A stretch of DNA of 62,580 bases, counting the filler. It is 11 parts of 11 records of this genome, joined end to end, with 100 filler letters (N's around TTAATTAATTAA, not from the genome) between each part and the next. Parts side by side here need not be neighbours in the genome. Positions count along the whole stretch, not along the records: positions 14,558 to 24,877 come from SRR7504441_5288; positions 24,978 to 28,477 come from SRR7504441_5294; positions 28,578 to 33,322 come from SRR7504441_5314; 8 more parts are not named here. One strand, given 5' to 3'. A model generated the notes under the pieces. That model made no database searches. It was not told the DNA's origin and worked only from the letters and a program-made list of their open reading frames with translations. Position numbers and translations under genes: made by a program. How positions within the stretch are numbered: position 1 is the first letter of the stretch; the number at the start of each line of letters is the position of its first letter. This document shows, one piece after another, positions 21,101-33,422 of this stretch.

Positions 21101-23556
21101 CAAAGCTTATCTAGACGGAGAGCATGGCACTGCGGCACAAATGGAGCACCGGACAGTAAAGGCGGAGCAAATGCTCACTGCAATGGCCAACAAGGTGCTG
21201 AACGTGCTCAAGGAGCACCTGCAACTGGAGCACTTCCGGAAGCTACCACCAAAGGAAGCAAACGCGCTGTGCTGTCATGTCAAGTTGCATAAGCACCCCC
21301 CTGGGAAAATCTTGGTGCACGAAGGCCGGCCTGTTGCTGGATGGAACTTTCTGTTAAAGGGGAATGCAATCATGCGCAAGATGCCTACTAATGACCGAAG
21401 AGAGGACACGCGCAGGGTTGCAATGTGGATCGACCTCAAGGATCCTTCTGACCAGCTGCTGTATGCGCTTCAGCGAGCAATGTCTTCACTACCATCCAAG
21501 GATAAGGTCGGGTTGAGCAGTAATGCCAAGGTGATGCTGGAGAAGCTGGATGAGTCTCAGCTTGGGTGCAGCACATGGATCAGACAGGCGAAGCAGACCT
21601 TGAGTAACGACATGGACAACCTCCACCGCTTCCCATGGCTAATCAAGCAAGGCCGGATCCATGTGATATCGCTGCAGGAGCTTGCCATACTGGTTCCAGC
21701 TGTTCGAAAAGAGTACCTTTTGGTCAAAGCATGCACACAACTGTCCTCCACTGGCGACAAGAGGATGCAGATTTACGAAGCATCCAGCGTATTGACCACA
21801 CTCAAGATGCTAGCTGGTGCACTCGAGCGAGGGCTCAACTGCCTTGAACCAGTGTTCACACCAGAGTCGGTGGTGGATGAGGACGCACTGTTGCAGCTAG
21901 AGCGGTTCAACCATCAGGATCTGGGTAGAGCACTACTCGAGCTCCAGCCAAATCGCGGATTTGGTGAAATTGTCTTTCAGCCCACAAAACTGGGCAATGA
22001 TGAGATCTGCAGCCCAGTATCAGTGGCCTGTTCTCCTGAGACCGAGGTAATTTGCCTCTATGTGAGCAGGGATGCCTTTCGTTTATCGATGGTAATCGAG
22101 GAAGCCTCCTTTCTTAGCACCATGCCAGCTTTCCGTGAGTTGCAGCTGGTCCAACTCCAGAAGCTTTGCTTACATGTAGAGAAGCGTGAGTTGGCTTTTG
22201 GACAGACATTCATGTTAGCTGGAGCACCTGCCAACTCCATTTTCGTAGTGAAGAGCGGCACCATTGACATTAGGGTGTACCTGGAGCAGTCAGGCGAGAA
22301 GCCAGAGGCAGATACTTCTGCCTCATCTAGTGAGACCAAGATGCACTCGGTGGCAATTGTGGGCAAGGGTGATATCTTGAATGAGACCAAAGATGTCGAT
22401 GGTCGGAAGGTGTACCTCTACAACGCAGTGTGCCTCCAAAACGGCTCTGTCGTTTTTCAGATAGACCGACGTGCAATGAGCAAGCTAGTAAACCCTTTAA
22501 CTGGCAAACCATTCGAACTCGTGCAAGATATTGCCAAGTTGACCCATAGGACTGAGCGGGCCCGCCGGCTCCAGAGCGCCACTGACACAGCGGCTGCTCT
22601 GCTAGATGCTGACCACCAGATGGCCAAGGATGCGCTGCAGCAGATGGTCTTGGCAGGATGTTCGTCAAGTGGTCGAGCCCGATCGTGCCTGCCGCCAGTG
22701 GAGGATCACACCATCAAGGGCACAATGGAGCGGCGGAGAGAACTGGTTTGCTCGAGGGCCAGCCAGGTCATTGTTGACTCGCGGGCCAGGCACACCCAGT
22801 GCTTCAAGACGGAACTAGACAGTTCCAAAGCCCGCCGCCACCTGTAGAGGTGTCTGCAGATGCATGCAGACTTAAGCCTGGGGCCAGATCCCTGCCGAGG
22901 TGCTGTCAATGTCGCGACGGCACCATGCCAAGCACCTCATGGCTACAATGGGTAGCCTGACTTCCCAGCTGTCAGCCAAGGCACACAAGCGCCGATCTGA
23001 AGCTTTTGAACGAACACAGCGATTGGCCATGTCGAACTATCTGCTCCAGCCTGAAGAGCTCCGGGTGGCTTGATTACTTGCTAGAAATGAGCCCGTGGCA
23101 GGCCTGGCTCGAGACTGGTAGCTCGCTAGCTCCACCACCGTCGAATCCAGTTGCTGTGATCCGGGAGCGTCGGCCCCGTCTGCCCTGTAGCACTGCAGTT
23201 TGGGAGAATTCAATCCGCTGCCATAGTGGTCAGTTGGCACACAGACTGACGTGGCCAATGACCGGTGACTGTGTGCCAGCCGTCAGCCCGCTGCAGCCAT
23301 CGCCAGCTGTACCCCAGTGCATTCAGGCAAGCTACCAACCAGAACCTGGTTGACTTGCTTAGCAGAATATCAAGAGCCTTGCAAACATCCAGCAGCCCCG
23401 CAGTCTGCCTCAGCCAAGGCCAGTGCGTTGGTGTCCACAACTAACAAGGAACACCCCATTGTCGTGTGGATGCAGCTCTATCGTCGAGCATTCTATCTGC
23501 TGCCCACCGCGACCACGGCGGATCCAGGTGGTCCAAAGAAATTCAATCATGGCTAA
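18144..23556 (+). CDS. Giant multi-EF-hand protein with cyclic-nucleotide-binding-like domains; at least 10 introns in the 5' part; 3' end uncertain
   Basis: About 13 EF loops (DTGGDGD, DEDGEGE, DADGSG, DNDGKG, DEDGGGS, DADGGG, DKNGNGE, DRDNDGN, DTDGSGE, DQDGSGS, DAGGDGQ and others); cNMP-like ILVHEGRPVAGWNFLLKG..GFGE and FMLAGAPANSIFVVKSG. Confidence 0.8.
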
Positions 23557-23888
23557 CATTTGATCCTGGCAGGCGGTGATTGCACGGGTAGATCCAGCCA
23601 GAGCTAACACAAAAACGCCCAAGCTGATCAACGAGGGCCAAGTTTGCACACCTTATCAGCGCCGTCTACTTGGGAAACGATATCACAATCACAGACCAAC
23701 AAAGCTCAGGTAGGAACCGCAGCATCATGGACACGGTCACTAGAAGCAATGTGCTCTTATTGAGCCTTAAAGCCCCGACTTTCTAATAAATGAATGTACT
23801 TATAAATATGTTTTTAATGTATTGATAGCTACTTGTACTTCTACGTATGTGTATGAATATAATTGATATCGATTCTACCATTTGGTTA

Positions 23889-24877
23889 TCATGACCCTTT
23901 TGTGGTGTAAACACTCCAATCTGCGGTCATCTTCCCGCCTCCAACTTCATTGCAGCAAAAGCAGCCTTTGGTCTTCCATGTTTGGGGGCCCCACATGAAG
24001 CTCTTTGACTCTTGGCACTTGGGATCAGTGGCAGCAAGCGCTGAACACGAGCTTTGATCGACCTTGCCTAAAAGTGCACCCGCAGCCTTGCATTGCTGAT
24101 GTCGGTGGATCTGCACAGGTGCCACGTCTTGGGTGCTGAGGACTCTAATAGAACCTATGTGGATTTTGAAACAAGGTCATCTAGCATCCCTCGTAGATTG
24201 CTAACATCAACAATCCCAGAATCGCTCGCAGCGTCTGTTTCACCGACTGATGATCTGTCATGAACCTCAGCAAGCTCTTCAGACCGCTTATCGGCATCAG
24301 AGACCAGCCCGTCCAAGCTGGTTGTCTTTTCAGGTTGCATTGGCACTTTGCCTTGGACCTTCTTCAGGGCCTGAGCCACGTGACCGTTCGGAAACATTTT
24401 CTTTGCCACAGATGCAAGCTGGCTAGCACTCTTTTCCTTCTTACTGGGAGCTCCAGCCGCATACCCTGCTTCGAATGCGTGTGTTTCCTTTCCTTGCGAG
24501 GCCCGAGCCATATAACCTGCATGGAAGGTATTCTTCAATGCAGATGCGTACTCTTGAGACCACTTCTTCAGCATTGCTGTACGCTCTGAAACTGTGTCAA
24601 AGAATCCCTCAATTACTGCTTTTGCGCGCTCCGAGTGTGTCTGAGCTGCTTGCTTCATCTTTTTCCTTGCTGCAGTGGAATTAGCAAGCACTTCTTTCTG
24701 ATTCGCATCCTGACTCAGCTTCTGGATTTGGAACTGCTTAGCCTTTTGATCTGCAGCCTCCTTGAACTTGAGCATGACATCGTATCTCTCTTGTGCTTTC
24801 TGCAGCTGCAGCTTCTGCTCCTCGTGCTCCTTAACACGCTTTTTGAGATCTTGAAGCATTTGTCGCTCCTGCTCCCT
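23889..24877 (-). CDS. Hypothetical coiled-coil protein with a Cys-rich C-terminal domain; 5' truncated, final splice uncertain
   Basis: Two minus-strand ORFs 30 nt apart; the last exon has six Cys (C..C..C..GCFCC..WSVY). Confidence 0.5.
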
Positions 24878-25195
24878 NNNNNNNNNNNNNNNNNNNNNNN
24901 NNNNNNNNNNNNNNNNNNNNNTTAATTAATTAANNNNNNNNNNNNNNNNNNNNNNNNNNNNNNNNNNNNNNNNNNNNTCCGTTCGGAAACTCAAGCTGGA
25001 TTAAAATGTGCGCTCTAATATCGGCTAGTATCTCCTGTTTTGAGGGTGCATATCTTATAATTAAGCTTATGTGAGCCCCTAGGGCCCCGAATTTCTAATG
25101 AATACATTATGAATACATGTACTTATAAATGCTCATCATTCAGTAGGTCATCATAGTAGCCTAGTCGCTTAATTAAGCTTAATCTTTCTAACTAC

Positions 25196-28100
25196 TCACT
25201 TGAGCGGTTTGAGGGTGGCGGTGCAGTGCGGCATCAGGCTAGTCACTAGCCCTCTCCCGATTCCCGGCACTGCCTGTAACTCCTCCATCTCCGCAAACCT
25301 GCCATCAACAGTAAGTAGACACCCAAAGGATCAAGAAAATAGCGAATACCGGCCGTGCTGCTCGCGCCAGGCCACAATGGCCTTCGCCTTGGCTCTGCCA
25401 ATCTTGGGGAGCGCGGTCAGCTCTTCGCAGCTGGCAGCATTCAGGTCCACCAATGGATTCTTGACCTGATCTGGTTGATTATTTGCTGTGTTGGTCGTCA
25501 GGGGCAAAAGTGGCGGCCGGCTCAAGGGCTCTGTCCTAAGACCGAGCGACAGCCCAGCCATCTGACTCACCAGCTCATCATCGACTGACCCTCCTGTCAT
25601 CTCACCCTCCAGCCCATCGCTGTCAATAGACAAGCCAGCAGCCATCTGACTCGCAAGCCCGTCGTCGACTGACAACCTCGCCCAGTCGAGTTTGGCCTCG
25701 AGTGCTTGGTGCACGAGCTCGACCGCCTCAGCCAGCGCGGGCTTGGCACTAGCCGTGACCAGCACCACACTCGTTCCGTCTATATGGGTCTGCCTCTTGG
25801 CAGGCACGGTCACCTTGGTGCCAGTGCTTGTTTGTATGGCCTGGAGAGTATGGCCTTGCTTGCCAACCAGCTGCGCAAGCTGCCGTCGACAACACGGGAC
25901 ACATTCTAACAGCTCGCCGTTTGGTGAGTCCCAGAGGGCGACCGCCGACAGCAGAAGGTCGCGCGAAGCGTAGTTCTCCATGAGTGCCACAAGGTCAGGC
26001 GAGCGGGACGAGAGCAGCGTGGGCGCGTGGCCCAAGATTACAAGACCAAACCTCGCCCTAGTGAGGGCCACGTTGAGCCGCCTAAAGTCCTTGAGGAAAC
26101 CAATTGCCGACTCCAGATTGGATCGGACACATGAGATCACAACCCCATCCCACTCGCTGCCCTGGCACCCGTCTACAGTGCTTGCCCTCACCCCGTCCGG
26201 CAACCCCAGCCCCTCAATTGCCCTGACCTGCCCTGAATAAAAGCTCACCACAGCCACCGATCGCAGCCCCGATATCCGCATCTCGCTTGCCACACGTTTG
26301 GCCATTGCTGCTTCCTTATGATTGACCAGCGAGGAGCCCGCTTTTGCTTCGTTCCCATCCACGTGAACGAATAGACAAGACCGCTCCTGGAGAGCAGTAG
26401 TCCAACTGTGAGTAGTATTAGTCTCTGTAGCTATCCACGGCGCGGTCCTGGTGCGGATGGAGTCATGATCGCGGAGCCTGCCCTACCATCAGCCGAATCA
26501 TGATAGTATTAATAATGCCTTGCTTCGTAGAACCGAGTTGACGGGAACTTGGATATGCCATGTGCCATACGGAACTGCTTGTCTAGCAGTATAGAGGGGG
26601 CTCCACAGTCGGCCAGCCGCGCCATCAGAGACCGATCGAGTCCTGCAATCAATCAATGGTATTCGAATCGTTGTCATCACCGGCTGCTTTGGCGTACTGT
26701 GACCGGACCATTGGCGGCAGTTGCATGGGGTCGCCCACCAGCATAATCCTTGCCTGCGGATGAACTGTGAGTCAACAATTCTTGGTATTAATGAGCACCT
26801 CAGGGTCAAGCAGTGGCATCGGCAGCAGAATCTCCGGCTCCATCGCCTGGTTACGTTAATCATGGTATAGTATAGTCAATTCAAGCGTGCCTGGCCCGCC
26901 TCGTCTATGATCAGCCTATCAGCCACCAGCGCCCCGTCCAGACCTGTGATCACTTAGAGATCATATTGTGATTACCATCACCTGGGCGTGCCAGCACCGA
27001 AAGTGTCCCAAATATCACCCGAGCATGACCCAGCAGACCAGCCACCACCTGTTGCACGTCTAAGTCCAGTCACAGCTGACGCCGGCACCGACGTGGACCC
27101 GTGCTTTTCCACCGTCAGCGAGATCCGCTCCACCAGCCTGTGTCAATGTGTCATTTCTACATTAGGAACATGGCGCTAGTGTGTCACCGCTGCACGGCCT
27201 CTGCCAGCCCCTCGCTCCGTTTCTCTTCCACCAGCCAGGCACGGATGTTCTCCAGTGCAGCGCGGTGGGCCCCAATCTCCCCAACGAGCGCCTTCTTGCT
27301 CAGCAGCCGCAACAAATCCGCCACCTGCGCCTCAATAACTCATCTCCCCCCAGTCGTCAGACGACGCTTACCCGCTTGAGGGCCGCGTACACCCTTGACC
27401 GGGCCTTCGTCTGCACCTCCACTAGCTGCGAGACCAGCCGAGATGCCTCTTCACCAGCCTCTGCCGGCGAGACACACCGGTGTGCACAGTGCCGGCAGAT
27501 CTCCCGGTGCTGATCCTTGCTGATTGCTTTACTCTTCCACCACCGCTGCAGCGACCGCTTGGCGCTCTCCGCTCTCTCAAACTTACCCTCGTCTGTTGCT
27601 GGATCCAGCACCGCCGCGGTCAACCCAGTGACCGAGGCGTCGGCCATCTTTTCAGCCGCCCGTGTGGCATTGGCCAAGCCAACCCTCAGCTGGGGCATCC
27701 AATGGTCCAGCGAGATCCGCTCGAGATCCGCCGATTGGGGCTGAGAATGCTCGCTCGAAACGCGCAGCGCTCGCGGCTCAACACTGTGCTTGGCGCAGCT
27801 CTCTAAATACCTAGTGGCTAATTGATTTACCGCTTGGTTGCTCGGCGCCGCCACAATAACGGTGCTGTCCGGGCTGACCGCCCTGAGTGTTGTCAGTAGC
27901 GCCGTCAGCGCTGTCGATTTGCCAGTGCCAGGAGGCCCGTGCACCAGGCACACCCCAGGCCCAGCAGCCAGCCCCCAACCGACCGCTTTGGCCTGTGCGG
28001 CCTCCAATGAACAGTCTGTTGCTTGCTGCAAGGGGATCGGCTCAGAGTGGGGCTGCGTGAGCCGACCGCTGGCCAGCTGCGACGCCACAGACAGCGCCTG

Positions 28101-28477
28101 GTGCAATGGTTTGAGGCAGGCTGAATGCATCCGAGCCAGCGGCAGCAGCGACCCCAGCCTGGCCACCGACACTGCTTCTTCTCCCGTCACTTCCGCCATG
28201 GCCGGCGGCAGCAGCAGCTGTGCCGCAGGCGGCCCGGCCCGGCTGACGATGGCCAGATACTCACTGGCCGATTCTTGAGTCGGCCGGACCAGCAGCGCCT
28301 CACCTGGCGGCAGAGTGCCCTCTGCATCGGCCAGCACGCCCCGCGACCCGCCGCACCGCCGCAACCGCCGGAACTCTGGGGACGGTCCGGTCTCCAGGCC
28401 GGCCAGCACGGTGACCCGGGCCTCCTCCTCGAGCCAACTGCCGAACCGCCGGGGATACTCGCCAACGGCAAACCGAA
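25196..28477 (-). CDS. Superfamily 1 (UPF1/senataxin/IGHMBP2-like) helicase with C-terminal KH and ComEA-type helix-hairpin-helix domains; multi-exon, 5' truncated
   Basis: LVHGPPGTGKS, APSNQAVNQL, IIDEAGQA, LVGDPMQLPP, QFRM, STVDGCQGSE, RRLNVALTRAR; KH LVGKQGHTLQAIQTSTGTKVTV; VDLNAASCEELTALPKIGRAKAKAIVAWREQHG. Confidence 0.88.
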
Positions 28478-28631
28478 NNNNNNNNNNNNNNNNNNNNNNN
28501 NNNNNNNNNNNNNNNNNNNNNTTAATTAATTAANNNNNNNNNNNNNNNNNNNNNNNNNNNNNNNNNNNNNNNNNNNNATATCTATGCGATTTACTTTTTT
28601 GAGGAAATCCGCAGATAACCCGGGTCTGCCA

Positions 28632-28851
28632 GGGGGATTATGCAAGTAACCCGGATTATAAAACGGATTATAAAACGGATTATACCATACTGTGCAATAG
28701 CGAAGTGTGCCCCGTATACAGTATCGAACCGTAAGTTTTTCTATAATATTTATAATTAAACCAAGACCAATGTGTCCGATAGCTCTATACGAGCAAGCTA
28801 CGACCAAGCTGCGAGCAAGCTACAAGTAAGCTACGAGTAAGCTACGAGTAT
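28632..28851. repeat. Tandem repeats: (AAACGGATTATA) x3 and an 11-mer (AGCTACGAGTA-like) x6
   Basis: ccggattataaaacggattataaaacggattata; acgagcaagctacgaccaagctgcgagcaagctacaagtaagctacgagtaagctacgagta. Confidence 0.85.
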
Positions 28852-28877
28852 GTACAAATAACCTTTTGAAGCCAATG

Positions 28878-31800
28878 CTACTTTCCAGCAATCGCAGTCT
28901 GGACCTTGGCATTGAGCGAGTCGCAGTCGCGCCGGACTAGGAAGCACTCCTCACTCATCTTGCTCTGTTCTGCCTGCACTTGGCTAAGCTGTTGGAGCAG
29001 TTGCTCTTTCTCAGCTTCGAATTGGCGCAAGGTGGCCATGAGCGAGTTCATCTCGGCCCACATCCCGTCACGTTCACTCTGCATCTCATGCACCAGCCAC
29101 TGAAGCTTGGACAGCTTGCGCTTCGCCAGCTCTCCCCCGCCGCCACCGCCGTGCGGCTCCGAGTCCATGTCCACCTGGGTACGCTTCCTGGTCCAGACTG
29201 CTTTCCAGTGGCGAAAGTGGCCCGGCAGGTCTGAGGCTTGGAACATCAGGCTGACTGTGCGCATCACTTGGTTGCACGCCTGCTTCTTGAGCTTGTCCCT
29301 CAACAGCTCCATCTCAACGTCCTGCTGCGCCTCCCGTTCAAGCGCCGCTTGCAATTGCGCATCGTCCACTGTGCCACCAGGCCTGCCTGCACCACCAACC
29401 GGTCGGCTCGAATCCTGTGCGATGATCCGCTTGAGGTCCTCAATAGCCTTAATGAGCTTCTTTCGTTGCTTCTCGTTCTTCTCCTCCGCAAGCACTGTCT
29501 GCAACCGGGCCATCTCAGCATGCAGCGTCTTGTTGTGGCCCTGATTGGTTGCATCCGCAAAGAAGCGCTTGTCAGTCATGACCGATTTCCAGAAATAAAA
29601 CGATGCGCACATCCGCTGCGAGACCACCTGTTTGGTGACCGAGGCAATCTTGAGAGCGCCTTGTTGCTTGTACACAGAGTCCACCTGGTTAGTGTTGGCG
29701 TTCACGTACTCGGCCCACGAGGCCTTCTGCTCCTCTATCTGCTCTCCCAGGGTGGCCACCTCCTTGCGCAGTTGCTCCTTCTGCCGCTCATGCACCGCGT
29801 TGGTCACGGCTTCAGCAAACATATCGAACGCGATTTGCTTGAGCCGACGCTTCCACTCAGATACGATCCCTTTCATCTTCCTAATTGCAGATTGCCTCAT
29901 CACGTCAAACAGTTTATTGCGGAGCTTGTCAATCTCTCCAGCCAGAGCGTACTTGTCTGCCTCTGAGGTGTCGAGCTCATCTTCCAGTGAGTCGATCTTG
30001 TCGCCTGAGCTGTCCAATTGGGTCTTGAGGCTGTTAACCTCGCTCGCTAGCACATGCAGTTCCTCATTATCAGCTGCAAGGAAACCAACCGCCATCGCCG
30101 CGGCCGCCCGCAACTCACCTGACTTTGGATCGCGTGCAACTGCCATCAGCGGCGTGAGCCCCTGCCGCTCGCCTATTCTCAGCTTGTTCTGCTGGTACCG
30201 TGCCAGGTTAGACAGCGCCTTCACTCCCGCATGCTTCACTTGATGGTCAGCAGCAGAGCTCATCTTAATGATTGGGTCCAGTCCGCCGTTCTTGACAACG
30301 TGCACAGCGTTGTCCTCATTGAGCGACAACTCGGCCAGTGCCATTGCCCCGTGGATCTGCACTTGGGCGTCATCGAACCGAGTCATTGAGATCAAAGGAT
30401 CTATCCCGAGTTCATTTGCCACATGTACTCTATTCTCTGGCATTATAGCCAAATTGGCGATTGCATACGCAGCTCGCTTCTGACAGACCATGTTGCGTGA
30501 GCGAGTAAGCTTGATGAGCTTCCGGAGTGTGTCACCCTCTGCCATGAGCCGGTGGCAGTCCTTGTTGTCCGATACATTAGCTATCGCCTGAACGGAGGCT
30601 TCCTGCACGTCCCGGTCAGGAGAGGTGGCCAGCAGGAACAGAGCGTGCACAGCCTTCTGATTCTGCATGACAGCGAACTGCACGTCACTGCGCGAGGAAA
30701 GAAATTGGAAAGCTTGTGCAGCATACAAGTGAACTTCTGGCTGATCTGAGCTGGCAAAATTTGTACATAGGTCGAGCCCATCGCCGCGGACAATTGTCGA
30801 TTTGAGCTCCTCTTTGAAGCATAGATGCCGGAGCGTCATTGCAGCCTCAATCACGACATCAGGGTCTTGAGAAAGTGAGAGCGGGGCAATAGCCTTCAGC
30901 CCGCCTTCGAGCACCATCCGGATTTTGTTGTTCTCGTTCTCTGCAAGTACTGACATGGTTTTGGCCAGAGACAGCTGGTCATTGGCATCCTTAGACTCAG
31001 AGAGCGTGTAAAGCAGCCGCAGTCCTCCCTGCTTCACAATTTGGAAGCGAGTCTCATCATTGAAGCAGAGCTGCATCAGCGCCTGGGCTGCTCTCAGCTC
31101 GAATTCCTCTGTTTGCTCCCTGACCACCGCCAACAGCGGCTGGAGTCCTATGTGCATCATCACGTTGTAAAGGGAAGTGATGGCTGCTGACTGAATGTCG
31201 CCATTGTCGTTGTTGCTGTTATCTACAAAATACACCAGGCAGCCTGCGTCCACCAGTGCCCGAAGGTTCTCATCATCCTCGGACAGGTTCTGTATCGCTG
31301 CACAGGAGCACCGCTTGAGCTCATGCTGCGTGTCCTGGTTGGCACCCATCAGCTGAACCAACTTGGAAAGCACATCCGGAGCCAACATGATCCGACGCCG
31401 GATGGCCGCGTTCATTGTCATGTTGGCCAGCCCGCGAACCGCCTCGGTCACCAGCTTTGGATCCTTGTGCTCCACCAGCTCCATCACAGGTTCCACGCCG
31501 CCCTTCTGCTCCATCTCGTCGATGGCCAGATCGTTCATCGCCAGATTTGCCAGCGCACGTGTGGCGTGCTCCTTAGCCAAGTTGATCATCTTGGTGCCCA
31601 GCCTGTTGGGCCGCGACGCCAGATATATAAGTTGCTCCATCCCGCCCGCCGTCAGGATCTGGTCTTGCTTGGTCTCGTCATCCGCCAAGTTGGCCAGTGC
31701 CGCAGCCGTCCGTGCCACGAATTCAGTTGGACCATCGCTCATCAGCAATACAAGTAGCGGCACCTCCAGATTCATCAAGGCAGACAAATCCTCCTCGTTG

Positions 31801-32952
31801 CCTCCGAGCAAATTAGTCATGGTCTGCAAGGCTGACTGCTGCAGCTCCTCGTTGGTGGATTTCATCGTGAGAACTACAAGTGGTGAAATCACTCCAGCAT
31901 TCCGGATCCTGGCCTGATACATCCTCACTGCAGTCAGCCTTGAGAGCGCTAGGCAGCAGTGCAGCTGGGTGATCTCATCATCGCCTGGCTCACAGGTTTC
32001 TTTACAGATCTCAATCAGAGGCGCCAAGCACTCCTCCTGCACAAACTTGCCAGCCCAGGTCTCCTTTGTGAGCACATTCGCTGCGCAAACACTGCCCCAC
32101 CGACGCATGATCGGATCCTGCTTGCTCAGCACCCAGCAGATGGTCCGCATCACGCCGTGCTTTACCATCTTCCCCAAGAGGCTGCCGACTGCTGTCACTT
32201 TCGCCAGCGTCTCGGCCGCCTTCTTCTGTATGTCCAGCGCAGTATCAGTATCCTTGATCAATGAGAGCACGTAGGGCACCCCCCCGCCATTGACCATCTT
32301 TTCTTTGACCTGTGTGCCTGGTCAGCCTGTCAGCTAGTATAACCATCCACCTCGTCATCTTCGACAAGGTTGCTTATACCAGTAATCGCAGGCAGTCGCA
32401 CCTGCCCAGACCGTCACTGTGCCGCCAGTGCTGCTGGGCAGCATGCACACTGCCCCGCTAGTCAGTTACGACACCACCTGCGACAGCTCGTCGTCGGCCT
32501 CGCTCACTGTCACCAACTGTAGCAGCTTGTCCAGCCCACCTTCCCCCCAGCCGTCAGCGCACCCCCACAGACGCACACCATCTTCCTGGATTCGGCTCCG
32601 GTTCGCCGGTAGCTCTGCCAGCCCTGCGACCGCCCTGGCACAATTGCGCAGAATTGTCGTGTTGGTCTGCGTCGACCGGATGAGCGACAGGATCGGCTCG
32701 AGCGCTCCCTGAGATATCAGCTCCGCCTGCCGACCGCTGGTGAGCCCGGCTCCCGAGCGCGGGCAGCGCCTGGTACTTCTCCTGCTGCGATAGCTTGGTG
32801 AGCACCTCCACAGACTTGGACTGGGCAATCGGCTCGCCCGCCCAAGCGTTGGCCACGTGCTTCTGAATCGTGTACTCATCCGGGAAGATCTCGCCCCCAG
32901 AGGCATCGGCCCCGTTCTGCTGCTCCTCCTCGTTCCGCCGGAAGAAACTCAT
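28878..32952 (-). CDS. Armadillo-repeat (Vac8-like) protein with long C-terminal coiled coil; 4 or more introns at the 5' end then a 3.4-kb exon
   Basis: Many ARM repeats (AAALANLA, ATRALANLA, AYAIANLA, GGLDPII); ATG at 32952 (MSFFRR). Confidence 0.85.
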
Positions 32953-33422
32953 CCTGCGCTCGCTAGCCGGTTCGGATCACTGGCCAGGTGCGTGGGCCTG
33001 CCCGGCCACCCGTCAGTGCGTCGAATGTCTGTTCTGCTTCAGCTGCCAAAGTGGCCGCAGCCATGACAGCAGTGCAGGGTGCTTTATTAGTGAACCCACG
33101 GGCGGGCGGGGTGGGGGTCACGCACCCTGGTAACAGGCGAGGGCGCGAGGCCGCCCCTCTGAGGGTGGGTCCGTGGCCGCCGCAATGTGCGGACTCCCCC
33201 CACGAGGCCTGTCGCCACACTGGCACTGCTGTGGTACCGCTCACTCCAGAGTCCAGCTGCAGATCTACGAGGAGGTGCTAGTACAGGTTAGGCCAGTGTT
33301 GATGTCTCAATTTTCTGCGCGGNNNNNNNNNNNNNNNNNNNNNNNNNNNNNNNNNNNNNNNNNNNNTTAATTAATTAANNNNNNNNNNNNNNNNNNNNNN
33401 NNNNNNNNNNNNNNNNNNNNNN

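Noticed and set aside
28787-28851. 11-mer array as CRISPR
   Set aside because: No spacers; simple minisatellite in a eukaryotic 3' flank
33062-33322. Possible 5' end of a gene divergent from the ARM gene
   Set aside because: Too short before the contig break and no recognisable motif
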